Of a DNA stretch of 64,000 nucleotides, positions 19,601 to 40,650 are shown piece after piece. The stretch comes from the human T2T-CHM13v2.0 reference genome, Homo sapiens: the NCBI RefSeq assembly GCF_009914755.1, contig NC_060936.1, one strand, 5' to 3'. Each line of letters begins with the position of its first letter. Positions within the stretch are counted from its first letter, which is position 1. The position numbers and the translations under genes are program-made. Under the pieces are notes generated by a model that did not search any database, was not told the DNA's origin, and worked only from the letters and a program-made list of their open reading frames with translations.

Positions 19601-20149
19601 AGATGATAGGGCACAAATCTAATAAAATGAAAACAATTAATACTAATCAGTCCCAGGAGACACACACACACACACGTGTATGCACACACACATCAGTAAG
19701 GTTCAGTACCTATTCTATCCTGGAGCTGACATGTTTCTCTTAGTTACCCAATTTTTTTGAGTGCAGACCACGTATCATTATCACAGGGAATTTTGAAAAC
19801 AGAGGTTTCTGGGCACACTAAATTTCACCCTCTTAGGGAAGAGGAGGAAGGGCTCAGGGATGGGTATTTTTCTTAAGCTTCCCGAAGAGTTCAGCAAACC
19901 ACTTTTACATTAGTGTTTGGGAATTACTACATGAGATCTCTTCCCCTTAGGAATCATATCCTTAACTGTACTTCAGTTTTGGGGTTTCAAAAAACTATGT
20001 TATTAAAAGAAAACATATTAATCAGATTGGAGGAAGAAATAAAAGAATACTTCCAAAAATATAAAATTTTTAAATGTTTAAAAAAGTAAGCATATATTTA
20101 TATGCATAGCCTATTTCTCAGGAATGACAGCAAGAACTTGCTAACTTTA

Positions 20150-20445
20150 GGCCGGGCGCAGTGGCTCACACCAATCCTAGCACTTTGGAAGGCTGAGGTG
20201 GGGGGATCATTTGAGGTCAGGAGTTCAAGACCAGCCTGACCAACATGGTGAAACCCCATTTCTACTAAAGATACAAAAAAAATTAGCCAGGCGTGGTGGC
20301 GCATGCCTGTAATTTCAGCTAATTGGGAGGCTGAGGCAGGAGAATCACTTGAACCCCAGAGGCGGAAGTTGCGGTGAGCCAAGATCACGCCACTGCACTC
20401 CAGCCTGGGCAACACGGCAAGACTCCGTCTTAAAGAAAAAAAAAA
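20150..20445 (+). mobile_element. AluS
   Basis: TSD tgctaactttag. Confidence 0.9.
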
Positions 20446-20949
20446 CCTGCTAACTTTAGTTGCCTCTTAAAGACGGGAACTAAGTGGCTAAGAGGAAGGA
20501 AGAAGACTTTCCACTGTGTTACACTTTATAAATGTTGACCCATGTGAACATATTATATATCAAACAATTTAAAAAAAAGAAAATTTAGAATATGTCACAA
20601 AAATCAAAGAGCTATGACAATAAAAAATAACAAGCAACTATAAAGAACATTTTGGAGACAACTGGGGAAATCTGAACATGGACTATGTATTATACAACGG
20701 CAGAAAATCAGTGTTAGATTTCCTGAATGTAAAAACTGTTTTTTTCATTCAAAACTGTGTTATGATTATGTATGGTTCTTAGAAGACAAAATCTGAGTAT
20801 GTAGGAGGAAAGTGTCATGATGATTGCATTTTACTTCCAAATAACTCAGGGAAGTACAATCATATACAGAGAGAGATAAGGCAAATGTGGCAAAATGTTA
20901 ACAATTTGTGAATAAAGGTGAAGGACAGTTATATGTTCATTGTACAGTC

Positions 20950-21550
20950 ATTTTTTTTAGTAACAGCTTTACTGTTAATTATTTCATGTACCAACCTTTT
21001 AAAGTGTACAATTCAATGGTTTTAATATATTTGCAGAATTGCGCAACCATCACCACGATCAATTTTAGAAAAGTCTCACGGTCCCCAAAAAAGCAATCCT
21101 GTGCCCATTAGCAATCACTCCTCCTTCCCCTCCAACTCCTGGCAACCATTTTCTGTGACTATGAATTTGTAATCTACTTGCTGTGTCTATGACTTTGCCT
21201 GTTCTGGGTATTTCGCATAATGGAAATTATGTAATTTCCATGTGGTCTTTTATGACTAGCTTCTTTCACTTAGCATAATGTTCTCAAGGTTCATCCATGT
21301 TGTTGCATGTGCCAGCACTTCATTCCTTTTTATTGCTGAATAATATTCCATCATATGGATATACCACATTTATTTATCCATTCATCCATTGGTCAATGGA
21401 CATTTGGGTTGCTTCTGCCCTTTGGCTATCATAAGTAATGCTGCTATGAACATTCATGTCAATGGTTTTATGTGTGGACATATGTTTTCATTTTTCTTGG
21501 ATATATACCTAGGAGTAGAATTGCTGATCATATGGTAACTATGTTCATTA
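20950..21550 (-). mobile_element. Old L1M (L1MB-like) 3' fragment
   Basis: cttttcacttagcataatg...ggacatttgggttg...aggagtagaattgctg. Confidence 0.75.
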
Positions 21551-21619
21551 TACTATATTTGCAATTTTTTATAGCATTAAAAATTTCAAAATAAAAAATT
21601 AGAGGAAAAAGAAAGAATA

Positions 21620-21940
21620 GGCTGGACACAGTAGCTCACTCCTGTAATCCCAGCACTTTGGGAGGCCGAGGTGGGTGGATTGCTTCAGCTCAGGAGTTTG
21701 AGACCAGCCTGGGCAACATGGAGAAACCCTGTCTCTACCAAAAATGCAAAAAATTAGCCAGGCATAGTGGTGCACACCTGTGGTCACAGCTGCTTGGTGG
21801 GCTGGGGTGGGAAGGTCGCTGAGCCCTGGAGGTAGAGGTTGCAGTTTGCTGAGATCATGTCACTGCACTCCCGCCTGGGCAACAGAGCGAGACAAACTCA
21901 AAAAAAAAAAAAGAAAAGAAAAGAAAAAGAAAGAAAGAAT
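21620..21940 (+). mobile_element. AluJ
   Basis: Alu body with a GAAA tail. Confidence 0.88.
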
Positions 21941-23408
21941 AGTAACATAATAATTTTTACCCAACCATCTTATGCTCAGAAAGACTATGTATGTATGTGG
22001 TTGTAGGTAGCACACAACTCGTATTCCTAGCAAGAGGATGTAGTAAATGCTTCCTAGGTCTTCTGAAGAACTAATTTATTGACTTACAAAATGATCAGCA
22101 AAGAGAAATTATTTATCTGGACTAGATAAAAAACATCTCAATTTTTAATAACAAGCAATGATGCATACACAAAAGAATATGGGCTCTGAAGTCACAGAGC
22201 TAAGCTGTATGACTCTAAGCAAAGTGTTCCACTTCTCTGGGACTCTATAAAAGGTGCACTATTTATACCTGTACTTCAAACCAGGTAACCAAGAAGAGGG
22301 TCTTGCATAGTGTCTGGCACACAGTAGTTGCTCAATACATGCTAATTTCCTTCAGAATAGGTATATATAAATATTTCCACCTCCCCCCCTTTTCCTACAA
22401 GGTGAAAAATCAATTGCTGTTTTATTAAAGAACAATGACATTTTAGTTTTTAAACCATAAAACTGTATGAGTCTACTTCCAAGTTGTTTTATTTCTGGCC
22501 TTTCGTCTGAACTATAGACCCCCATTTCCAAATGCCTGCTAAATCTTTACTCGAAAATCTGCTAGCAACTCACACTCAACTTGCCCCAATTTTAGCTTAC
22601 TACCTTCCTTCTAAACCAGTTCCTCTTCAGTCCCTCTTGTCTTTTCAATTCTGTAAACAATATTATCATTGGAGGGGCAAAACCTAAGTATCATCTTTGA
22701 CAGCAACCTCTCATTATTCCTGCCATCCTGTTGACAAGACTTATAGACTTCTTGTCAGCATCTCCTATCCCACTGTCTTGCAACCATGAGGCCCTCCTTC
22801 TGCCTATTAGGCTACCATCATAGCCTGCTAAACTAACCTTTTCTCCTGTAACCTCTCCCTTCACCATCCCATTGCACACACAGTGCCACAGTAATTAGTC
22901 TAAGATGAGAACATGATACTCCTGGTTCAAAACTTTTCATGGTTCCCCACTGCTTACCAAATTAAGTACAAATTTTCAACCTGGAACACAACTATTCACT
23001 CATTTATTCAGCAAACATCTATTCAGCATCTACTATGTGCTAGGTTCTGTTCCAGGTGCTAAAAGCACAGCAGCTGTGATGGAGCTCACATTCTAGTTTT
23101 TGAGAAAAGGAAAGAAAAAACACCCTAAACAAACAACAGTAACTTCAGATGGCAATAAATCAGGAGAATAAGATAGTGACTAAAAGCAGAATAGTTTTGG
23201 TAGGATAGTGAGAGAAGCCTTCTCTGTTTGAACCAAGACTTAAAGATGAGAAGATAACTACAGTAAGAACTTATAAGAGAGAAAGAATTGCAAGTACCAA
23301 AACCCTGAAGCCTTTTTGTATTCTGAAATATCCTCTCATCTCAAAACACCTGCCGTCTTCTTTCCTACAGTTGCTTTCGAAATCCTACCTGCCGTTAAAA
23401 GCTCAACT

Positions 23409-23633
23409 CGGCTGGGCATGGTGGCTCATACCTGTAATCCCAGCACTTTGGGAGGCCAAGACAGGGAGATCACAAGGTCAGGAGTTCGAGACCAGCCTGA
23501 CCAACATGATGAAACCCCATCTCTACTAAAAATACAAAAAAAATTAGCCAGGCATAGTGGCATGTGCCTGTAATCTCAGCTACGCAGGAGGCTGAGGCAG
23601 GAAAATCACTTGAACCCAGGAGATTACAGGCAC
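23409..23633 (+). mobile_element. 3'-truncated AluS ending in a self-derived inverted segment
   Basis: The Alu stops at gaacccaggag and is followed by attacaggcac. Confidence 0.85.
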
Positions 23634-23836
23634 TTAGTGGATGCCCTCCTCCACTAAGAATACTTAAAATGAAATCTAAACTGTATGGCAGAAACTCTAA
23701 AAGCAATTACAAAGGAGTTTCCAACACATGTTAAAGAATGGCTTGTTCAAAGGAACAAGCAGATAAATCACTGATTACTTTAAAAGGGACAATATTTATT
23801 TGAATAATAATTTGTTAAAAATTCACATTATTTTCA

Positions 23837-24127
<291 letters not shown>

Positions 24128-24406
24128 TCATATTATTTTACTATGTTACAATTTGGTTTCCAGAAAAAAGAAATTCCTATTATTTTATATACAATTCTCT
24201 TGTTGTGTGAACTCTTTCCTAAGCAGCAAAATCGGTTATAATACAAGTTTTACGATTACTTCATTCTCGGTCTTTTGCTATTGCTTAGCAGCCGTGTGGT
24301 GTTAATAAGACCAATGAAGGTGCCTAATGTATACCTGTTGATTAATGAATATGTATAAAATGTAATCCAGTTATTTATTTCACAGTTATTTCATCACAGA
24401 TTTTCA

Positions 24407-24907
<501 letters not shown>

Positions 24908-24920
24908 CTATGATTGAGAT

Positions 24921-24991
24921 ATAAATACTTTATGATTATCATAAATACTTTATGATTATCATAAATACTTTATGATTATCATAAATACTTT
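24921..24991. repeat. Minisatellite (ATAAATACTTTATGATTATC) x~3.5
   Basis: Perfect 20-bp units. Confidence 0.92.
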
Positions 24992-25955
24992 GATTCATAA
25001 TTTCCCTAAGGAATAAGCTAAATGAATACCTGATAGAATTCATTACTGTAGCAATGGACCTGTGTACAATTTGCTTACCCATGTACCAATTCTCACCCAC
25101 CCCAATTCAATGAGGATTCAGATTTACTTCAGAGCATAATTAACCTAGCAAATAACACCAACTGGAACTAAAAAGCCTACCTTTCACATAGATGTATTCA
25201 AAGCAAAAGAGCACACAAATTATGAAACACTATTTTTATTCCTGCTGTGTCATGATTTTTTGTTTCTGCTTTAGAGTTGTATTTTCCTTTGAATCTAATC
25301 TTTTAGATCATACCAGAAAATTGAATACATACACATATATTCCCTCTATGCAAGAAAACAGACTACTGGGATCCCAGGAGAATAAAGAAAATCTTAGCAC
25401 TCTTGACAAGGTTGACACTATATGTTATAAATAATAAGCACCACATTGTGAATTATTAAGACCAGGAACCAATTATAAATAACTGCTGCTGTAACCAAGG
25501 GATTCCAAAGGAAATCAGCAAAAAATAAAACCAAAAACACCTTTATATAGCCAAAAAGGATCAAATAGCATAGATATCATTTACTCACTTCTGTATGTAC
25601 ACATGACCAATTATATTTCTAATTATGGAGCCAGCTTCATGGATGTTCCCTTAAGCAATTCTGCACCCACCAAAGGGCCAGAGGCAAGATATTAGGAAAA
25701 TGAAAAGAAAAAAAGAAACAGGGCAGGTTTAAAACAGTGATTTCTAGGAATATATAAAAAAACTCAGAGATGGACAAGAGTTTAAATTTTCTCTTCAATG
25801 AATTTACTATTCTAAACATATACCTGTAATTAGGAATAAAAATGTATCAAGGCATTTGTAAAATATCCTCTTAATAAATGAACCATTTTACAATATTGAT
25901 TTTAATTCATTGCTCGGTTTATGTTTCAAGAAATGAATCTTCCTTCCCTTACTAC

Positions 25956-26109
25956 TAGGTAACCAACTTGTCCCAGTTTACCCAGGACTTTCCAGGTTTT
26001 AGCACTAGAAGTCTAGCTTCTCAGGAAATCTTTATAAGGTTTTAAAACAAAGTCCCACATCCTAGAAATCCCTCAGGCCTGGGAAAATTTTGAACAGTTG
26101 GTTACCCTA
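25956..26109. mobile_element. MER81-like hAT-Blackjack MITE
   Basis: TIRs taggtaacc...ggttacccta; internal ggttttagcact. Confidence 0.65.
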
Positions 26110-26136
26110 CTTATTTCTGACACCCCAGACAAACTA

Positions 26137-26847
<711 letters not shown>

Positions 26848-29800
26848 TTCCAAACAGATTGAGTAGCTGGCACATCATTTCTCCAACTAATACAATTAAA
26901 GTCCATATGGGTACAGGTGGACCAGATGTGACACCAATATCTCATACGGAACTGTTCCCTATAGGGTTTGCCTTCCTCCCATGCCCATATTCAGTTTAGC
27001 TCTGCTGATTTTGTAGAGTGAAGGGTACAACATAAATAGACCTCTGTGCCCACATCTAGGATAAAACCTCTCGGCTTAGGAGGGTAATAAGAGTATCATA
27101 TAAAACCTAAAAGCTGTGGAGGTCTGAAAGACTTGGTTTCAAACCCCAGCTCCCACAATTACAGGCTATGTTGATGTGCAAACTACTGAACCACTTTGAG
27201 CTTTAGCTGTCATTTTTAACATAAAACTGGTGATAGAGCTAAAAAAAACAAATGAAATAACATTTGGTGTGTAATGTGCCTGGAACAAAGAATATATTCT
27301 ATAATACTAATTCCTTTCCCTTCTATTTATAACTGATACATTTTTTAAAACTCCTAATAATAATACATAATTGAGCTTCTGAAACTGTGGTGAATTGGGA
27401 GCTTCAAATACTACAAAAAGAATAGCTATCTAGTACTATTAAACGGGGTGGCCTTGGTGAAAATTTTAACTTCACATTGAAAAAGGGATATCATCTGTCT
27501 CTAGGACTTATGGGAGAAAAAAAAAAAAGGATACCTAACTTCATCAGATTACTCCTATCTGGGGGAACGGAAACACTACATAAATACAAAGAATACCTTT
27601 AAAAGCTTATCGGTAAACGCTAATCACCAGCATGTGAAACCAAGTAAAGTGAAACTACTCTAAGGAAGAGATAGACCATCAACACATTTCTTTCAAACAG
27701 TTCTCTTTTCTCAAAGCTCTCAGGAACCCAATCCTATCTGTTCACTATCTTGGTTTGGAATATCCAGCGGGGACTGACCTTTCTTCATGCTGGAAAACAA
27801 GGAATCAGAAACATCCAACTTCTTTCTCTTTTCAATATTTTTAATTTAAAAAATATGATTACTTTGAATGATTTTTAGAAGGCTCTAGTTATAAATGCTC
27901 ATAATTTCTCAAGATTTCAAGTTCATCTCATGTCATGAAATTTTAAGTGTATTGAAGGAACGTGTAAAACATCTTGGGCATTTTATTCTCCAACTTCTTG
28001 CTAATAATACTTTTTAAACATCAGTTCTCAAGTTAAGTCATTTTCTACTATGCTAAATTTCAGCAACCCAAGGTTGAGGAAACTCTCCAGTAATGAAACA
28101 AAGGGAAGAAAAGTATGACCTTCTAAAATTCTCCACAGGCATTGAGTCAGCATATTTTAATCACTGATCCTTCCCCAAACAGGTATTATTCTCTCTTAAA
28201 GGAAAGAGAAGGAACCAAGATAAGGGCCCTACTCGAAGTTTTTCAGTAACAGGGTCAAGACAGGAAAAGAAAGCTCCCTGTCAAGGTCTATCCTTTGTCT
28301 AAAGGCCCTGCTTGCTTCTTTAATCAGGATTCACTGCTAAGGCCTCAAATAAATACCATCCATAAGAGAGGTAAAAAAAGACTCCCTTTTTACTTGAAAT
28401 TTGCTAAGAGAGTAGATCTTAAGTATTCTCACAATATACACATGAAAGAAAGAAGGAAGGAAGGAAGATAACTATGTAAGGTGATGGATATACTAAGTAG
28501 CTTGATTGTGGTGATTATTTCACAATTTACATATACATCAAAACATCAAGTTGTACATCTTAAATATATATAGTTTTATTTGTCAATTATATCTCAGTAA
28601 GGCTAAAAAAACTTTTCAGAATTGTTTTAAATTTTTTAAACGCACGCATAAACTTTTTGTTTTGCTTTCTAAAGAAAACTATATAAATGTTCTAATGAGC
28701 AAAGTAGTTGGAGAACATGGGAATGTTTTAAATGGCAACACGAAAGTTTTCTCCTTAAGTTTTTAAGAAAATAGTAAACCGGGTAATTGTGTAGTCGTAT
28801 TGTAAGCACACTGATATCATATACACTCCAGTACCCAAAAAAATGTGCAAAGATAAAATTTAAATTCTGGAACTTATGTTTACTGTACGTGTAAATAAGT
28901 TATGAAGCATTAAATATACCATTTTCAGAATATTTACTCAGAAATGAGGAGCCCACCTAGGAACGTAACAGTGCCTGGGCATGTTTCACAGCACCAAATG
29001 TTGTATAGGTCAGTTTCAAGGCATAGTCCTCATGCTCACCCATGCCAGCTGGGGTTCAAGCAGAACTAATCAATTTACACATTGAGGACCACTTTACAGA
29101 ACCCAAGTCAGAGACAGTGAAGATCTTATACACACATTCTTACACACAGGGCAGCCAGTTCTGTTTACGTAAAAACCTGGCTCATTCAACTTAAAACTAG
29201 AGTAGCAGATTTTTTTAAATGGAGTCAATAAATAGACTTTAGAAAATTCAACTGAACCCACTCAGGTTATACGCAAAATTATATGTACATATATATTTTT
29301 CTGGAGAGTAAGTACACAGCTTTCATCAAATTTCCATGGATAAGTTAATAAAAAAAAAAAGCAAAGAATCATGGCACTTGAATCAGTCACCATTCTTTGA
29401 GGTGGGGGAGTCTAAAAACAACTGAAACTGCCTAAATATTACCTACCTTCAGTATTACAGCTAGAATCCACCCCATTTCCACATATATAAAAAACATATA
29501 TCTGTATATATTATACATAAATTATAATTTTCATACACATTTTTAATAAGTTATATGAATGCAAACTCAATCTGAGAGTACAAGGGCAGATATTTTGGTT
29601 TCGACTCTATCATCTACCCAACATAACTGCATATATAATTTGCTAATCTATAGAAAGGGGAATAATAACACCATAGCAGCAACTGCAAATTTGTGAGAAA
29701 TGCCATTGTAAAAAGGGGAGGAAAAAAATAAGGTGAAACTATCTGACCAGTTTTTGCTAATAAATTAGCATACTAAATAAGTATGTATAAATCAACATAC

Positions 29801-30714
29801 TTGCTACAGCAATTACGAACTCAGGAAGCCCTGTCTCTTGAGTGTTTACTGAAAGCTCAATAAGATGTACATGGTCACCTTCAGGCAATATAAGGAAAGT
29901 AGGGGGCTGGTTAGGGAACGGGGGGGGGTGGATCAAAATGAAATCTACACCAATTTTACATTTCTATTCTCTGTATTTTATATACGTGTCCTTCATTCAC
30001 ATCAGACCTCACGCTTCTGAAAATTGAAGAGTCTAAAACAGGTCAAAGTACTGACTCTGAAACCCCTAGGATTCAAATATATTTATTTGTCATAATTAAG
30101 CAGTAATATTATTTTGTATGCATATTCCATGCCTTTTACATCTATTATTTCCTTCTCATCTACTTATACTTATTGCTTCTACTAGTAAAAATCAGTTGAA
30201 TCAGCTCTTGAATCTTATTTCAGAGGCAAGATGTACATGAAGTGCTAAGAGTGTTTACCATTTTCCCCTTAAGTCTCTTCTTGCTAGTGTTAGGCATATT
30301 TCTTGCCTTTCCTGCCCAATATTCATTTATTACTTTAGTCATTAAATATGTATTGGGGGACTATGAAGACGGGGTAGGACTCTAAATGTGACTCTCGGGC
30401 CTTAACCTTAAGAGGCCACACAACAGTGTTCAGTAATAGAACTAGGTTGTTTTGCAAAGTTTTGCTCTTCTGGCTGCAGCGTCACTAATTAAAACAATGA
30501 AGACATAGTTTGGTTAACTTCTCATTTATGGCATCAATCCATGCACGAGGCAAAAGGGCAAACCCTTCGGTTTGGGTCACAGCCCTGCAAAGAGCATCTA
30601 CCCAGTTCGCCAATCTATCAGCAGCGCAGGCCGGTGGGCGGGGCTTGTGGAAGCCCAGGGAAGGAAAGGAACGGTGGGAGGAGATCTGGGAATGCCGAGT
30701 CGAGCCTGCGACTA

Positions 30715-31329
<615 letters not shown>

Positions 31330-31395
31330 CTAAGAAGTTGCCTGCGCTCTGAGGTGAGCTGACAGGCCCCTCTCTGTGTGGTTCGTCAGCGCTGG

Positions 31396-31419
31396 TGACG
31401 TCATGCAAACGTGACGTCA
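31396..31419. promoter_or_regulatory. Two full palindromic CRE sites (TGACGTCA at 31396-31403 and 31412-31419)
   Basis: Sequence ggTGACGTCAtgcaaacgTGACGTCAg. Confidence 0.75.
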
Positions 31420-31743
31420 GCCCTGGCCAGAACATCTGGCCTGGGCTCTCCAGGCACCTCGCTGGGCCGGCTGGGAGATGGGGAAGTGCCTGGAGTTGTG
31501 CCCACACTCACAGCAGGGACCCTAGTCAGCCCTGACACCTTCTACACCAACTCATGGAAGTGATTTGCTGAGATTAGAAGACTGACGGGTAAAGGTTGAT
31601 CTCCTTCCCATTGCCTAGTTTTCATCACATCACACACCACCGGTTAACTCTCACCTGTATCCCGTTCTAGTTCTCCCGGGTCTGTGTTAGCCCTGCAACT
31701 AATAAGTAGAGCCCCTGGCCCAAACTGCATTAACCTTCCTTAA

Positions 31744-33202
<1,459 letters not shown>

Positions 33203-33669
33203 AAGGCAGATTTTTAAACATGACAAAGGTGAAAGACAGAGAGTGAAGGGAGCAATCATACCATTTTGGAAGAATTAAGGAGGCTTCCTGGAGGAGAATG
33301 TGATGATTCTTGATGAATAAATAGAGGTAATCAAAAAAAAGTGTGGTACTATCACCAAAACCAATAGACAATAAAAGAGATTATAAAACTCATAAACATA
33401 CCCACATAATATAAGAATTCCTTAGGTAATGAAGGTGACATTATAAATTAGTGGGGAAGAAACATACTCAATTAGTAGTGAAGGAAATATGCTTAACCAT
33501 GGGAAAATAGACTGTCACCTTGTTTCCTGAAGAAAAAAAAAGTGTAAAACACAAAACCAGAAACCAGAAAAAATACAAGTGACTAATTGATCTAAAGATA
33601 GAGAAGGACCTTCTAAATATAAAAGAATTGGAAGAACTTAAAAAGGATGAGATTGATTTGACTGTATAA

Positions 33670-33786
33670 AATACCTAATGTAGATGACGGGTTGATGGGT
33701 GCAGCAAACCACCATGGCACATGTATACCTATGTAACAAACCTGCCCCATGTATCCCGAAACTTAAAGTATAATAATTTAAAAAAA
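33670..33786 (+). mobile_element. Short L1PA 3'-end fragment
   Basis: atacctaatgtagatgacgggttgatgggtgcagcaaaccacc...acttaaagtataat followed by an A-tail. Confidence 0.85.
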
Positions 33787-34014
33787 TGACATCCTGGGAA
33801 AAAGCTATCTGTAATGTATGTCAGACAAAGGTTTAATGTACTTAACATATCAAGATCTCTTACTAACCAACAAGAATAAAAGGACATGAATATATAAGTC
33901 CCAAAAGAAATATAAAACTCAAGTAATTCTTTTTTAATGCTCAACCTCACTAGTAATCAAAGAAATGCAAAATAAACTATATTCTATGTTTCATCTACCA
34001 AACTAGCAAAAGAA

Positions 34015-37610
<3,596 letters not shown>

Positions 37611-37964
37611 TAGAGTACTACCTTGAACTTAACAGATGTTCATTAAATATTTAATTGACTGATTCTTCTTGTCTCATAAGAATGATATAAGAAAATACAT
37701 AGTGTTAATGTCATGTCAAGCCGTTAAAACGTTAAAGTTATAATGTGAGAAGTTACTTTGAATGGTTCAGCCCATGAGCAGGGTATTTTGTATAGCAGCA
37801 ATAACTATTTGTTTATTTTTATTTTTTTAGGGACAGGGTCTTGCTATGTTGCCCAGGCTGGTGTCAAACTCCTGGACACAAGTGATCCTCCTGCCTTGGC
37901 CTTCCAAAGTGCTGGGATTACAGTCATGAGCCACCACACCTGGCTCATTATTTGTTATTGGTAA

Positions 37965-38475
37965 CATATTAGATATCTATTGCTGCATAATGAATAACCC
38001 CAAAACATAGTGGCTTAAAACAATAAAAATCATTTATTATCTCTCACAATTTCTGTGAGTTGGGAATTCAAAAGTAGATCAGTTGGGCGGTTCTATGTCA
38101 GTCTCTTATAAAGTTTCAGTCAGATGTTGGCAAGGGTTGTAGTCATCTAAAGTCTGGTCTAGAGCTGGAGAATCCCCTTCCACAGTGGCTCTTTCACATT
38201 CTTGGCAGCTTGGCATGAGCTATTGGCCACACGGGGCTCTCCACAGGACGGCTTGAGTGGCCTCACAGCATGGTCACTGGCTTATCCTGGAGCAAGTGGT
38301 TCAGAGACCAAAGCAGGAGCTGCAATGCCTTTTATCACTTAGCCTCAGAATTCACACATCACCTCTGCCATATTCAGAGCCACCCTCGACTGAATTTGAG
38401 CAGGAGACTAGTGAAGCACCTGAATGCTAGGAAGCAAGCATCCCTGGAGGTTATCCTAGAGGCTGGCTTCCACAG
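37965..38475 (-). mobile_element. MLT1-type LTR
   Basis: ctattgctgcataa...gtggcttaaaacaataaaaatcatttattatctctcac signature. Confidence 0.7.
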
Positions 38476-38804
38476 GTGATGACATTTTCAGCATAGAGAA
38501 TTATTTGTCTTCTAAAAATATGTAAGGATGGAAGCCTTAACTGCTCCTTCAGTAATATTTTATTACTCAAGAAACTGTTTCTTAATTTCTGGCAAAACCT
38601 CTCTTAAGTCTAGAAAAACAACTCTGCTCAAGACCATTGATTTGGTATTGCTCTTCAGAGGTCTTTGAAAATAACCCTCGTGACAATGCCAGTGAAAAAA
38701 ACATTTTAGTTATAACAACCCATTTTGGGGACAAAAGGACTTTAAGAACAAAGCAAGGCATTCATTCTTTCATTTATTCAATAAACAATGGACTACATTT
38801 AAAA

Positions 38805-40187
38805 TGTTTTTAGAGACGAGGTCTTGCTCTGTCACCCAGGCTGGAGCGCAGTGCTGTAATCATAGCTCACTGCAGCCTCGCTCCTGGGCTCAAGTGATCC
38901 TGATCCTGCTTCAGCCTCCTCTGTAGCTAGGACTATAGGCACATGTCATCGTGCCTGGCTGATTTTTAAATTTTATTTTTTAGAGCTAGGGTCTTGCTAT
39001 GTTGCCCAGGCTTGTCTTAAACTCCTGGCCTCAAGCAGTCCTTCCACCTCAGCCTTCCAAAGTTCTGGGATTACAGGCATGAGCCACTGTACTGGCTTGG
39101 ATGAAATTTCATTTGTGGCCAATATATACAAAGTAACATATTCCAAAAATGATTTTACAGTTTGTGATTATGCCAGTTAATTACTACCTAAAGTTGATAT
39201 TATTTGGGCTTACTTCCCTTTTCCCGATCAATTTTCTGGATGTGACACTAACAGTAAAACTATCATTGATACAGCACTTACTATGTGCCAAGTACTTTAT
39301 ACATCTTTTAATATAGTGTTTTCTTAGTCTTTGAGATGAGGTCTCACTATGATGCCCAGGCTGATCTTGAACTCCTGAGCTCAAGCAGTCCTCCCGCCGT
39401 GGTGTCCCAAAGTGTTAGAATTACAGGCATGAGCCACCACGCCCGGCCAAGTGCTTTATATATGACTTATCTTCTTGTAAGTCTTCAAGGTAGGTGTACT
39501 TTTAACCACTTGATTATGAAGAAATGGGGGCTCCAAAAAATTAAGTAACTTGTCCAAATACACAGAACTAGTAACTAATAAGGCTAAGATGCAAACCAAG
39601 GTTTGTGTAGCTTTCCTCCGTAAACCTGGCTGCTGTTAGTGAGTTGTCCACACACACACAGGCCTCCCACCTGAGTAGTAAGAGATTTCCACTTGTTATT
39701 CAGGCAATGTCAAATTGTTTCTGCAGTTATCTTTCTTACTGTATCAACAGTGTGATTGAAAGATACTGTTTCAGGGAGAAGTCTTCTTTGGCTTACCAAG
39801 AATCAAATATTTGACACAGAACAAACGTTTTCATTTTTTTTTTTTTTCAGATCATTTGCCAAAAGTACCACACAATTAGCAATACATTATTACATTTTTT
39901 TTTTTTTGAGACAGAGTTTCACTCTGTCACCCAGGCTGGATGCAGTGGCATGGTCTCGGCTCACTGCAACCTCTGTCTCCTGGGTTCAAGCAATTCTCCT
40001 GCTTCAACCTCCTGAGTAGCTGGGATTACAGGCATGCACTACCACGCCCAGCTAATTTTTGTATTTTTAGTAGAGACAGGGTTTCACCATGTTGGCCAGG
40101 CTGGTTACAAACTCCTGACGTCAAGTGATCCATGCGCTCAGACTCCCAAAGTGCTGGGATTACAGGCGTTAGCCACCATGCCTGGCC
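38805..40187 (-). mobile_element. Antisense AluJ (~38805-39097), FLAM (~39320-39448) and AluS (~39895-40187)
   Basis: Alu motifs and T-tails. Confidence 0.85.
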
Positions 40188-40434
40188 AACATCTTACTTT
40201 CAACTAAATTACTTTTCCTTTCATTTGACAACACTCACACATAAACACACTCTTATTTACACTTAATTAGCTCTTCCCATTTTGTTTTTCTACATACCTA
40301 ATTATAATGAGATTTTAAAATCAAGGTTAGGGAATTATATAGAGCAATGGAGGAAGAAACTAATCCAAGCTTCAAGAGAGAAATAATATTTTAAATCTGT
40401 TCTCTAAATAACCATTGCCCAGTGTTGGTCTAAA

Positions 40435-40650
40435 GCCATACTGTCAGATATGGTAGCCACCAGCAACATGTGGCTATTTACATTTTAAATGAATTTAAAA
40501 TGAAATAAAATTTTAAAAATGTACTTCCTCAGTTGTGCTAGTCACATTTCAAACGTTCAGTAGCCTCCTGTGGCTAGTGACTGCCATATTGGACAGCACA
40601 GATACAGAAATTTTCATCATCACAGAACTTTCTATTGGAATATGCTAGAA
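40435..40650. mobile_element. MER3/MER33-like hAT-Charlie element
   Basis: atggtagccaccagcaacatgtggctattt...gtggctagtgactgccatattggacagcacag. Confidence 0.7.

Noticed and set aside
24921-24991. CRISPR-like array
   Set aside because: The context is eukaryotic and the repeats are head-to-tail with no spacers.
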